Source of the DNA: Promethearchaeota archaeon
Lineage (GTDB): Archaea > Asgardarchaeota > Lokiarchaeia > Sigyniarchaeales > SOKP01
Length of the DNA: 39,688 nucleotides
Direction: 5' to 3'
NCBI GenBank assembly: GCA_004524535.1
Contig: SDNY01000020.1
Coordinates: 1 to 39,688, forward strand
Translations under genes and position numbers: made by a program
Part shown: positions 28,989-39,067 of the stretch, one piece after another
Position numbering within the stretch: position 1 is the first letter of the stretch
Layout of the letters: each line of letters begins with the position of its first letter
The notes under the pieces: generated by a model
The model's input: only the letters and a program-made list of their open reading frames with translations
Databases searched by the model: none
Told to the model about the DNA's origin: nothing

Positions 28989-31067
28989 TTATAAAATTAC
29001 GCTTTGCTTTTCAAATTTCGCATGGCTAATACCTGTGGAATGATCTTTTTCTACTAGGATTTTATGCGTTTGAATATCTGACGGGATAGCTGTATGAGTT
29101 ATTAGAAAAATCTGAGAAAAGGCCTTAGATTTCGTAAGATGCTTTAATATTCGCTCTCTCCTAACCTCATCTAAAGCTGCTAAAGGTTCATCTAATAAAA
29201 GAAAATTGATTTTTGGATTTTTTTTTGGAGACTCTTTAGTTGGACGAATTATGCTCATTAATTCACTAATGGCTAACCTTAAAGCCATACCTAACGCAGT
29301 ACGATCCCCCCCAGAAAGGACCTCGATAGGCTCATATTGACCATTAAAATAGTCCTTAATTTTAAGAGAAAGTCCTGTCTTTTTAGTACCTGTTAAATCT
29401 AGCATAAGTTCACCATATTGACCCGACGTAAAATCCTTAATATATCTATCCGCTTTCAACGTAATGTTTTTTACAAGACGCTTAACAACCATATATTCCG
29501 TCACAAATCGCCGGACGAATTCTTTTGCTTTAATAATATGTTCAAGATCAATTTCAATCTCGCCAATTTTTTTCTCTAAATCTTTCATTTTTTTGATTTC
29601 ATTGCTCAATTCCGTAATTCTAGTTTGATTATTTTTAATAGTAGCTCTTTTTTCTGCTATTTCCTTCTTAATCAATTTCAATTCCGTTGTTAATCTTTCT
29701 ATTTCGAGAGAAATATCCTTTATTCCCTTAGCACTTGAATCCTTGAACCTCTCTTTATTTTTTTTTAAAAAAACCGATAGTTCTTTTTGAATATTCGTTA
29801 ATTCTATATCGTATTTCTGATAATTCTCAAAGTCTTTCTCAAGATTTTGAATAATAGTAATTTGTTCGTTTATTTTATCTAAATCTTGTTGACATTTCTC
29901 AATATCTTTATTGTTATTTTTTATTAATTGAGATATTTCCTTAATTTTTTTCTGATTTAGTGCAAGTTCGTCATTAAAATTCTGAATAACATTATCATAG
30001 TGCTCTTTTGTAAGTTCGCTTTGACATGTAGGACAGAGTGCGGTTTGATTTTCAGTAAATTGTAAACTTTTTTCCATTTTACTAATTATTTTTGAAATAT
30101 CTTCAACTCTACCTTTAGTTTTTCCCATACCTTTAACAGTTGCTTGCTTTTTTTTGTCATTTTTCTCTTTATTAGCTTCAATTTCTCTTTTTGAGTTATC
30201 TAAGGTATTAAATTTATTCTTAATTTTTTCTAATGATGTGAAATCTTCTAAATTTAAATCAGTATTCTTAAGTTTTGTTTCAAAATCATTTTTATAAGAT
30301 TTGTATTTCTCTTCAGTTATTTCTTTATTTTTATATAAGTTCTCTAAATTGGAAATTAATTCATTTGAAGGATATGTTTTAAGGGTCGATTCGTATTCAA
30401 GCATTATTTTTTCTTTTTCTGAGATAATTTTCTTGTTATCATTGTTTTCCTGTTCAATACGCTTTATATCTTCTTCTATTCTTTCAATTGGAACACGAGA
30501 TTTTTCAAATTTTTCCTTTTCATGAGTTTTTGACTTTGATTCTTTATCTAGATATCTTAATGAATCGTCAATTATATTAAGACGAAATATATCAATAATC
30601 ATTTCTCTTAGTTTAGCACCCTTGATATTGGCCAATTCTTCTACTTCTCCTTGCCTAACAAATACAGTACTCATAGCTTGGTCTTTAGAAATTTCAAAAA
30701 ATTCCTCAATATTAAATTTTTTAATTTCCCGATACATTCCTTTTTTATCTGATTCAAAGAGTTTCACACTAGCGCTTCCAGATCTGCCCCATTTACGATA
30801 TATATAATATTTGATATTATCAAGCGAGAAAGATACACTCAATTCTGCCTTATTTTGACCATAGGTTATAAAAGATTCAGCTTTTCTACCAGTAAAAATT
30901 TTTGACCCAAAAAAAGCAAATAAAATACCTTCTAATATTGTAGATTTCCCATAAGAATTGTTTCCACTCACTAAAATTAATCCCTGAGGAAAGTCATCTT
31001 CTCCATCAGGCAGATTTAATTGTTTATAACCCATAAAATTTTTAAATATAAGTTTGGTTATTTTCAC
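28989..31067 (-). CDS. rad50: Rad50/SbcC SMC-family ATPase
   Basis: Walker A GNNSYGKST, Q-loop RQGE, zinc hook CPTC, signature LSGGD, Walker B LLLDEP, H-loop LITH; GTG start. Confidence 0.92.
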   Translation of the reverse strand: MKITKLIFKNFMGYKQLNLPDGEDDFPQGLILVSGNNSYGKSTILEGILFAFFGSKIFTGRKAESFITYGQNKAELSVSFSLDNIKYYIYRKWGRSGSASVKLFESDKKGMYREIKKFNIEEFFEISKDQAMSTVFVRQGEVEELANIKGAKLREMIIDIFRLNIIDDSLRYLDKESKSKTHEKEKFEKSRVPIERIEEDIKRIEQENNDNKKIISEKEKIMLEYESTLKTYPSNELISNLENLYKNKEITEEKYKSYKNDFETKLKNTDLNLEDFTSLEKIKNKFNTLDNSKREIEANKEKNDKKKQATVKGMGKTKGRVEDISKIISKMEKSLQFTENQTALCPTCQSELTKEHYDNVIQNFNDELALNQKKIKEISQLIKNNNKDIEKCQQDLDKINEQITIIQNLEKDFENYQKYDIELTNIQKELSVFLKKNKERFKDSSAKGIKDISLEIERLTTELKLIKKEIAEKRATIKNNQTRITELSNEIKKMKDLEKKIGEIEIDLEHIIKAKEFVRRFVTEYMVVKRLVKNITLKADRYIKDFTSGQYGELMLDLTGTKKTGLSLKIKDYFNGQYEPIEVLSGGDRTALGMALRLAISELMSIIRPTKESPKKNPKINFLLLDEPLAALDEVRRERILKHLTKSKAFSQIFLITHTAIPSDIQTHKILVEKDHSTGISHAKFEKQSVIL

Positions 31068-31075
31068 AGTTGAAA

Positions 31076-32383
31076 TTAAACCTCCTTTTCTTTATCCATT
31101 ATTCTTAAGGCGCTTTTTATAGCACTCAATCCAAATTGAGTAAGCTTTTCGACATTGAACTGCGTTTTATCCTCTGTCAATTTCTCTTTAACGAAATTAT
31201 TAAATTCTTCGTCTGGTTTTTCCAAAATATAATCTTCAATAATCCCAGGACTAATATCATCCTCAATTGTTTCGGAAATATCAGAAACTTGCCAGATTAA
31301 CTGTAATATATTATATTTATCGGTTTGAGAAAAGCAATCCCTTCTAAGTGTTACCATTAAATCATTTATTTGCCAGAGTTTTTCGAAGGTCATTTCTCCA
31401 GTAAAATTCATTTTTAATCTTGCTGAGGTTTTAGGATCAAATCCATCCTTAGAGATATAGTTAGCTAATTCTTTATTCACATTATTTCTTAATTCTTCTG
31501 AGCTTTCTTGAGGAGAAATATTAATAGGAATTATTTCAAACGGTCTTGTTAACATTTTATCAGTATAAACTTTTTCAACCTCTAATTTTCTCGTGTTCTC
31601 TTCAATATTTATAATTAAATATCCCTGAGTTTCAGTTATTTCTTTAAAATTCATGGGTAATAAACATCCCGCGTAATAATGAGTTCTTGATTCTGATTTT
31701 AACCCGTGTTCATGTCCTAGAGCAATATAATCATATCCAAAATCATCTGAGCTTACTTTTTTGTGTAGCGTTTCATCTAATTTAGACCCATGAGCAATTG
31801 CAATATTAATATAATTATTATCATTAGGTTTTTGATTAATTATCCAATTATCATAAGCATTCTTATACTCAGCATGGCTCTTAAATTCAAAATAAGGAAA
31901 TAAATAAAAACGAACTTTTTTATCATTAAATTCAAGTTTTAAAGGGTTATTCGTTTTTATTGCTTCTATTAAATCTCGATCTTTGAAATAATAGAGATTA
32001 GGATATCTTTCTTTACTAATATGTGATTCAAACGGGGTATATTCATATCCTTTAAACACACCGTGATTTCCTTCAATATAGATAAAAGGTACTTTATTAT
32101 TTGAATTTTTAAAGAACGTATCTAATGCTGTTTTTAAAACTCTTCTTGCTGGTTCAGGAGGAGGATATGATCTATTAACAGTAGGTAAATGAAACATGTC
32201 TCCACAATGGACTAAGAAATCTACATCCTTTAGTTTAGAGACATCATCTATAACTTTTAGAAATGCATCATAAATTTCTTGTTCGTATGGTTTTGAATAA
32301 TTCGGTATAGCCCATTTATTTATAGTACCTCTTCCTTCTCTATAACCTAAATGGGTATCAGCCATATGAATAATCTTAACCAT
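31076..32383 (-). CDS. mre11: Mre11/SbcD nuclease
   Basis: ADTHLG, GDMFH, GNH, AHG, YIALGHEH metallophosphoesterase motifs; operonic with rad50. Confidence 0.9.
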   Translation of the reverse strand: MVKIIHMADTHLGYREGRGTINKWAIPNYSKPYEQEIYDAFLKVIDDVSKLKDVDFLVHCGDMFHLPTVNRSYPPPEPARRVLKTALDTFFKNSNNKVPFIYIEGNHGVFKGYEYTPFESHISKERYPNLYYFKDRDLIEAIKTNNPLKLEFNDKKVRFYLFPYFEFKSHAEYKNAYDNWIINQKPNDNNYINIAIAHGSKLDETLHKKVSSDDFGYDYIALGHEHGLKSESRTHYYAGCLLPMNFKEITETQGYLIINIEENTRKLEVEKVYTDKMLTRPFEIIPINISPQESSEELRNNVNKELANYISKDGFDPKTSARLKMNFTGEMTFEKLWQINDLMVTLRRDCFSQTDKYNILQLIWQVSDISETIEDDISPGIIEDYILEKPDEEFNNFVKEKLTEDKTQFNVEKLTQFGLSAIKSALRIMDKEKEV

Positions 32384-32428
32384 ATTTTATAACCCTTTTA
32401 ATAAAACTATAAAATTCTTAATTTTTTA

Positions 32429-33628
32429 TTATATACCAAAAACTTTTTGCCTCCAAGATTCAGTATATCTTTTAATTTTCGGATCATATTTTAATTCCAA
32501 AAATTTACTCTCTAATTTATTATATTCTGAGACCAATAATGTACTTGCCTCATGAGCACCAATTAGACATAATGGATAACCTCTTGGGGAGTATGGAATT
32601 AAATTTTTTAAAATATAATTTGCATCTTTTGTATCCAAGTAATCTGGAATATCAAATCTTAATGCTGAACTTTCTTCCTGTAATCTTGTTATATAAGCTT
32701 TACTTTTAGTATAAGCTGAAAGATCTGGTAATTCTACTAAAAATTTTTTATCTTTTAAAATTTCTGACCAAATAGGTAAAATAAAATTCCCTTGAGCATC
32801 TCTTAATCTACAAGTTTTGGAGAAACTATAATATTTAATATCGTAATCAACAATGAATCTATAAAAAAATTCAATAAAAGATGAGGGGGGAAAAATATGT
32901 TGTCGAAACATCTGAATCCCATCTCCAAGAAAAATAACATTTTTATTTTTGCCCCAATTGCTCTCTTCTTTAATTCTAATCAACGATTTTAAAATTTCAT
33001 CTGCAGTTCTAATTCTATCAACAACATGTCCTAATGAGGGATAATAAAAGTCATGACCCTTAATATGATCATCTATTTTTTTTTTATAGGTATTTTCATA
33101 CCACTCTTCTAACTCATCAATTTTCCCTTTTAGACTACCAGTATAAAAATCTCTTTTTACAGTTTTTACAAAATTCTCTATTACTGTCTTATAAACGATA
33201 AGTTTGTGTTCATTATCTTCTATATAACTACTAATAGGTCGATACATTATTTTTTCTATCTTATACTTTCCATCTTTAAAAATAACTTGGCCTTCACCAA
33301 ATTTGAACGAAGCTAATCTGGCATAAGTTCCACTCAAAGTATTTGAACTTTCATCAAATCCAATAATTTTATATTCTTTATTTATATAATCAGTCAATTC
33401 TTTTTCAATAATCTCATAGCCCATTTCACTAAAATGAGCATTAGTGTTTTTGAGAGTTTCATCACTATCAAATTTATCCGTTTCTAACTCGATTTTTTCC
33501 TCTTCCGTCCATTTAATCCTTCTCTCTTTTATATATTCTTTGAACAATTTAATTTCTTGATCTATTGATCTTTCTGGTCTGTTTTCAATAGTTTTTTCTA
33601 ATGAGATTAATTCAAAATCAAAAGAAAT
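32429..33628 (-). CDS. nurA: NurA-family 5'-3' nuclease (probable ATT start at 33628; ORF track uses TTG at 33547)
   Basis: IIGFDES, FLGDG, FSKT, GYP.CL..AH motifs; located between herA and mre11. Confidence 0.75.
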   Translation of the reverse strand: MSFDFELISLEKTIENRPERSIDQEIKLFKEYIKERRIKWTEEEKIELETDKFDSDETLKNTNAHFSEMGYEIIEKELTDYINKEYKIIGFDESSNTLSGTYARLASFKFGEGQVIFKDGKYKIEKIMYRPISSYIEDNEHKLIVYKTVIENFVKTVKRDFYTGSLKGKIDELEEWYENTYKKKIDDHIKGHDFYYPSLGHVVDRIRTADEILKSLIRIKEESNWGKNKNVIFLGDGIQMFRQHIFPPSSFIEFFYRFIVDYDIKYYSFSKTCRLRDAQGNFILPIWSEILKDKKFLVELPDLSAYTKSKAYITRLQEESSALRFDIPDYLDTKDANYILKNLIPYSPRGYPLCLIGAHEASTLLVSEYNKLESKFLELKYDPKIKRYTESWRQKVFGI

Positions 33629-33665
33629 TTTCTTTACACCTCGTATATTATTAATAAAAAGTTGA

Positions 33666-35411
33666 TTAAGGGAGCCCTGTTGGGGGAGTTGATGTTTGTG
33701 ATTTCATTTTTTTTGAAAATTCAATATAATAATTTTTTGAAACATCTTTAAAGTAATCATCATATAACGGAATTCTTAATTTTTGGAAGTTGGTTAACCA
33801 TATTCCAGAAATTAACGCAATACCCCTTGTGCCTGTTAAAGATTCAATATCGCTATATTGAATCCCTCCCCCTAGTATTTTTGACGCTGCTGATTTTTCT
33901 TTTTCTGATCTTAAAGGTAAATTCACTACAGTATTCATATTAGATATGATTGTATCGTCTATTGGAGTATATTGCTGTGAAATTACTTCTAATCCTAAGT
34001 TAAATTTTCTACCTTGCCGAGATATATCCTTGAATACATTACTAAATTTCATTATATCTGGCCGTAATATACTAGGTGCTTCTTCTATTGTAAAGATAAT
34101 AATAGGCATATCATAGGGATCTTTTACATTTGTTCCAGATGAGATATATAACTTTTTCAAATTAGCTTTGTAATTACCAAAGAAATTTTGAGGAAGCGCT
34201 TTACTCAGTTTTGTCTCAAAAGTAGAATAATCAGTTGAGGATTTTAAAGTCTTACGGATATCAAATAAAGTCCTTGCTAATACACTATTAAATAAAAATT
34301 GCTCTAAATCTCTTAATAGCGAGACATTAAATATGATAATTCCTCCTTTTTCTAACTTCTTAATAATCGATGGTAATTTGCTACTTGCATTTGATTGAAA
34401 TATATCTGAATATTCCAACCAGTTAAGACGTCTTCTGATTGCTGAAATTGTTTTTGGATCATGATTTCCTGGTGGGAAATAAGTATCATCTAATAGATTA
34501 TCAATATAATCATCCGGATTATCATGATAAGCAGAGTGTATAGCTCCAGCTTGTAGTTCGTTGAATGAGCCCGTAGCAAAGAGATCTTGGGGTTTTATCT
34601 CTTGATAATTAATTATGCATGGTTCTGCCATACTTTTTACTTCTGTAGGAGGGAGCCCTTTATTTGGATAGAGATAAAACCATTTACCAATTAATTTTTT
34701 AACAGCGCTCACATCCAACGTTTTAATTATATGGTATAATCCATAATCATTACAACCTAATGCGTATTCATCATGCATATCAATTGCGAGCATAGAAACT
34801 TTTGTGCCCTTTCCATTCATTATTACGTTTGCGTTATGTTGAAGTAAGCCATCAATAAAAACTTGATTTAAGTTGGATTTTCCCTGACCTGTTGCACCCG
34901 CAATAAAGAAATGATACATTAAATATTTCAAAGGAAAGAAAACTTTAACATTCGATTCTGATGCTAAATCTCCCATATATATCCCGTCGGGGGTAAAAAT
35001 ATTTTCCAAATAGATTGCTCTATCCTTTTGAATCTCTGATATCTTCATTGAATGGGGCTTTAAAACTTCCTTTTCCATTAGATCTTCAATAAAGAAAAAA
35101 ACATTTAAAGTTTTATGAGTTTCTTTCTTAGATTTTTTATCAATTTCCGTACAAATAATCGGCCGTCCTTGTATTACATACTGAAGTTCAGTCTCTAATT
35201 CGGCTTTTATATAATCTGTCATCCTTACATGTTTTAATTTTTGACGAGTTAAAACATAATCAATAATAGTTTGCTCGTTTAAGATTTGAATTATTATTCT
35301 ATATTCTTTATCGTCACTTTCAGCTTCAAGCTTTATAAATCCATGAAGATGTACATATTTTTCATAAAAAATTTCTATCGTGCTCTCAATTGAGTTTATT
35401 TTTATTATCAT
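33666..35411 (-). CDS. herA: HerA-family ATPase/helicase
   Basis: HFFIAGATGQGKS, IDMHDEY, IEEAP, RQGRKF, ISQQ. Confidence 0.85.
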   Translation of the reverse strand: MIIKINSIESTIEIFYEKYVHLHGFIKLEAESDDKEYRIIIQILNEQTIIDYVLTRQKLKHVRMTDYIKAELETELQYVIQGRPIICTEIDKKSKKETHKTLNVFFFIEDLMEKEVLKPHSMKISEIQKDRAIYLENIFTPDGIYMGDLASESNVKVFFPLKYLMYHFFIAGATGQGKSNLNQVFIDGLLQHNANVIMNGKGTKVSMLAIDMHDEYALGCNDYGLYHIIKTLDVSAVKKLIGKWFYLYPNKGLPPTEVKSMAEPCIINYQEIKPQDLFATGSFNELQAGAIHSAYHDNPDDYIDNLLDDTYFPPGNHDPKTISAIRRRLNWLEYSDIFQSNASSKLPSIIKKLEKGGIIIFNVSLLRDLEQFLFNSVLARTLFDIRKTLKSSTDYSTFETKLSKALPQNFFGNYKANLKKLYISSGTNVKDPYDMPIIIFTIEEAPSILRPDIMKFSNVFKDISRQGRKFNLGLEVISQQYTPIDDTIISNMNTVVNLPLRSEKEKSAASKILGGGIQYSDIESLTGTRGIALISGIWLTNFQKLRIPLYDDYFKDVSKNYYIEFSKKMKSQTSTPPTGLP

Positions 35412-35579
35412 CTTTTCATTCCTAATTTAGTTAATTCCTCTTATTATGAGATATATCCAACCAATATAAATAAAAAAAATAATCTTTGATTAGGATTTAT
35501 TTGTTTTCTTAAAAATTATATTTATCTTAATATTTAAACTTAAAAGAGTTTAAAAAATTAATAAATTACAGTTGAAAAT

Positions 35580-37115
35580 TCATAGTGTATGAGTTTGACC
35601 ATCTTTTAAAAGAACGGTATTATAAAAATTATTCGCAAACCACTCAGGATTTTGTGTATGAACTGGAATTATCACGTCCGGATCAATCGTTTCGATTGCC
35701 CATCTAATTTCATTTTGAGAAACATGCCCTGAAGCGTGGTAACCTTTAATAAAATTTGGTTTATCTCGTCCCTCTTGCTCTAAGATTTCGTATCCGTAAA
35801 TTTTGAAATTAAAAGCCTCAAGCCATTTACTTAATCGAATGAAATCATACTCTGACTCTTCCTCAAACGCTTCGCTTGAAGAATACACGTAAGTCCCATA
35901 TTCTGGTCGAATGTCTAATAAATGCTTCATATCATAAAGAGAAAAACAGAGTAGATATTTGTCTTGTTCGCTGGATATTCTTGTCGGATCGATAAAAGCT
36001 GTCTCATTTATTTCCTTTTTAAGGTATTCCTTCTCCCAATTATATCTAACTGCTTTTAATTCTTTATAAATCAATATATCTTTTGTCCTATCAACTCCAT
36101 CTGCCTTTTCAAGCGCTTTTAGCAAATAAGCATCTTTTGCCGATATGATTAACGTTCTCCCTACCTTACTGGCTATTTCTTTAAAAGTCTCTAAGCGCTC
36201 AAAGTTTCTGGCAGAGAAATCAGCAATAACAAGCCCTTTAGATTCCTCAACAGCCTCTAGACAATTTCTAAAAACCATTTCTTCGGACTCGTTTATATCT
36301 TTTCTCGATGTCCTCGTTCCCTCAATTATTAGAATGGAAGCATTTTTCGCTTCGTTAATAAACTTTCTACTCTTTTCTGCTCTCTTGCCATGAAGGCGAA
36401 AATCACCTGTGTAAGCAATTGTCGAATCACCCTCCAAAATATAAGCTGTAGATCCATATATAGAATGATCTACTTCAAAAGCTTTAATTTCGAAGGGAGT
36501 TGAGCAATCATCAATCGTACAAATGTGCCCTGCTTCTATCTGTTTTTGTTTTTTAACACTTGTCAAAATAAATTCTTTAAAAGGTTCTGAAAAACCTTTT
36601 GTACAAATAAAATTTCGACCTTTATATTTACTTAATTTCCTTCGATCTGCTTTTAGAACTCTGTCGTCCTTATCGTCTGGCAATCTTTCTGAAAAATAAG
36701 CAACATCTGACCCAACTTTAGCTGATGAAGTGTCTAAAATCGCTTTTAGTAACATTAATGTTGATGGCGATGCGATTATTGGAATATTTTCGTCAAGCAA
36801 TCCCATATTTCCAAAATGATCCATATGCGCATGACTAAGCAAGACTGCTTCTACATTCAACGAGGGAAATATGGATATATCGAGATCCGAAGGGATTAAA
36901 TCTTTACGATAAATATTGAGCCGAGGGATTAATTCAAGAGAAATATGATCGTAAATCCCTCTGGCGCTTCGATCGAATAAAAATTCTTGATAATACACTT
37001 TATACTTTGCAAAATTCATGCCAAAATCAAGAAAAACGCCCTTTTTGTTTTCTTCTACGTAAATCTTGTTCCCACCTATTGTCTCGGCACCATCATATAC
37101 TCTTACTTTTGTCAT
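35580..37115 (-). CDS. MBL-fold beta-CASP ribonuclease (RNase J/aCPSF-related)
   Basis: TIGGNKI, LDFG, SHAHMDH, VDHS, YTGDFRLHG, IEGT, HASGH, PVHT. Confidence 0.85.
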   Translation of the reverse strand: MTKVRVYDGAETIGGNKIYVEENKKGVFLDFGMNFAKYKVYYQEFLFDRSARGIYDHISLELIPRLNIYRKDLIPSDLDISIFPSLNVEAVLLSHAHMDHFGNMGLLDENIPIIASPSTLMLLKAILDTSSAKVGSDVAYFSERLPDDKDDRVLKADRRKLSKYKGRNFICTKGFSEPFKEFILTSVKKQKQIEAGHICTIDDCSTPFEIKAFEVDHSIYGSTAYILEGDSTIAYTGDFRLHGKRAEKSRKFINEAKNASILIIEGTRTSRKDINESEEMVFRNCLEAVEESKGLVIADFSARNFERLETFKEIASKVGRTLIISAKDAYLLKALEKADGVDRTKDILIYKELKAVRYNWEKEYLKKEINETAFIDPTRISSEQDKYLLCFSLYDMKHLLDIRPEYGTYVYSSSEAFEEESEYDFIRLSKWLEAFNFKIYGYEILEQEGRDKPNFIKGYHASGHVSQNEIRWAIETIDPDVIIPVHTQNPEWFANNFYNTVLLKDGQTHTL

Positions 37116-37274
37116 TTTTAAGACTTCTATTTTTTTCTAAGTTATTTTATTAATATTATATTTTAAATCAATCTATTAAATGAGTGAGAAAAATTTGTGA
37201 TAATTCTATTTACCATCGCAATCAAAAATTAAAAAAAAAAAGGAGTTTAATTTAAAATAGGTCCTTATTTACTT

Positions 37275-37670
37275 TTATTCGCGCTTTTGTATCCAAATAT
37301 GAATACCTAATACAGCGAAAAAGATATTCACAATCATTGCTATTATGACACCCATAGTTAATATCCCATACATAACAATACCAAGAATAAATGCGATTAA
37401 AATTAAAATATTTACGATTACTGCAAATAACACCCAATGCTCAATGTTCTCCCAGTTATCTAATTTCTTATACAACATTATCAAAATTACGACCCAAGCT
37501 ATAAAAATTGCTCCTATTATTCTACCAAGAACCGGAGAAAAGTGTCTTCCAGCATCCATTATTGCATTATAAGACTCATAAGAAATAAAAAGCCATGCGC
37601 CGTAAAAGATCACCACTAATATAGCTGCAATCCAAAATATTTTAAGTTCTTTCTCAACATCAAATGCCAT
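37275..37670 (-). CDS. 131-aa four-TM membrane protein (copy A)
   Basis: Four hydrophobic segments; paralog of 37933-38328; GGAGG SD upstream. Confidence 0.8.
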   Translation of the reverse strand: MAFDVEKELKIFWIAAILVVIFYGAWLFISYESYNAIMDAGRHFSPVLGRIIGAIFIAWVVILIMLYKKLDNWENIEHWVLFAVIVNILILIAFILGIVMYGILTMGVIIAMIVNIFFAVLGIHIWIQKRE

Positions 37671-37932
37671 TATTTTCCCTCCAAATATTTTTTTTTTAAT
37701 TTTTTGATTTTCACTTTTTTGTTAAAAGTAAGTAAATAATAAATAAGATCAGTTTTAAATCTTTCAAGAAAAATTGTATGAAATTTGGTTTTTTTGAACT
37801 GCTAACTAAAAGCGATTTTTGACCATAATTTTCTCTTTAGAGACAACAATATATAAATTATTATCTTTTTGTAAGTTCGCAAAAAAAATAAAAAAAAAAA
37901 GATTTTAATTTAAAATAGGTCCTTATTTACTT

Positions 37933-38328
37933 TTATTCGCGCTTTTGCATTATAATATGAATACCTAATATAGTGAAAAAGATATTAATAATTATAACTA
38001 TTATGACACCCACACCGAAGATCCCATACATAACAATACCAATAATTTCAGCGATTAAAATTAAAATTTGTACCATTACTCCGAAATACATCCACTCCTC
38101 AATTTTCTCCCAGTTATCAAGTTTCTTGAATATTCTTATTCCAATTATTGCCCAAGCTATATAAATTCCTCCTATAATTCTAGAAGAAACTGGATCAAAG
38201 TAGCGATGACTACCCAATAGTGCACGATAAGATTCAGGGGAGATGTAAAGCCACACTCCATAAACGAGCAACACTATTATACCTGTAATCCACCATATTT
38301 TAATTTCTTTCTCAACATCAAATGCCAT
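37933..38328 (-). CDS. 131-aa four-TM membrane protein (copy B)
   Basis: Starts MAFDVEKE at ATG 38328, same length and termini (MAFDVEKE...QKRE) as copy A. Confidence 0.8.
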   Translation of the reverse strand: MAFDVEKEIKIWWITGIIVLLVYGVWLYISPESYRALLGSHRYFDPVSSRIIGGIYIAWAIIGIRIFKKLDNWEKIEEWMYFGVMVQILILIAEIIGIVMYGIFGVGVIIVIIINIFFTILGIHIIMQKRE

Positions 38329-38589
38329 TGTTTTTCCCGTCAAATTTTTTTTATTGAATTTTTTAAATTTCACTTTTTTATTAAAAGTAAGTAATAAATA
38401 AGAAAAGTTCAGTTTTAAATGTTTTAGCAAAATTGTGCGAATTTTAGCTTTATTAACCAGTTAACAGCGATTTATAACCATAAATTTCTTTTTAGAGACA
38501 ATAATGTATAAATACTTGCTCATCATAAGGTTAAAATATCTAACAAAAAATATAACTCTAATATTAAAAAAAAAAAGAGGATAAACCTA

Positions 38590-38985
38590 ATGACGGAAAT
38601 CTCAAAAAGGATGAAATTACTTTTAATAATTAATACGATTGCTGCTTTTATCTATGGATTTTTATATTTGGCTATTCCAGAGATCCTTGCCGATTTAAAT
38701 GATCCCACTAATTATGATCCCCATTTTTGGAGACTTTGGGGTGGACTTTGTATCGTTTTCGGAATTTTTGGCATTCTCATGATTAAGAGAGCAGAATGGG
38801 AGGGCATAAAAATTCTTATAGAGTTTGTGATCATATGGCTTATAATGACAAACATTATAAATATAGCGACCATGTTCATTATACCTCGTTCAGCAGTCAA
38901 TTTCGCAAGCGAATTATTTGATATTATACTAATTTTCGCTTTAATAGGTGCTAATACTTATTTATACTTACAAGAGGGGCAATAG
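38590..38985 (+). CDS. 131-aa four-TM membrane protein, distant member of the same family
   Basis: DPHFWRLWGG...WEGI aligns with DPVSSRIIGG...WEKI; divergently oriented. Confidence 0.75.
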   Translation: MTEISKRMKLLLIINTIAAFIYGFLYLAIPEILADLNDPTNYDPHFWRLWGGLCIVFGIFGILMIKRAEWEGIKILIEFVIIWLIMTNIINIATMFIIPRSAVNFASELFDIILIFALIGANTYLYLQEGQ

Positions 38986-39067
38986 AATAGAGACAAGAAC
39001 ATTAAATAAAAAATTAAATCCCTTTTTTTTTCCTTAATTATAATAGTAGTGTAGAATCTTTCAAAAT

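Larger units (their letters stand above)
37220..38515. repeat. Diverged direct tandem duplication, unit about 660 bp (gene plus upstream and downstream non-coding DNA)
   Basis: TTTAATTTAAAATAGGTCCTTATTTACTTTTATTCGCGCTTTTG at about 37246 and about 37904; TTAAAAGTAAGTAA, CAGTTTTAAAT, AGCGATTT, ACCATAA and TTTAGAGACAA occur in both upstream regions. Confidence 0.85.

Noticed and set aside
38329-38430. N-terminal extension of membrane protein copy B
   Set aside because: It corresponds to the duplicated non-coding upstream region; the paralog starts at MAFDVEKE.
1390-38900. Short antisense or overlapping ORFs in the track (e.g. 1390-1593, 5142-5438, 15588-15917, 17769-18173, 25102-25332, 37345-37572)
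   Set aside because: They are shadows of well-supported genes and have no motifs of their own.
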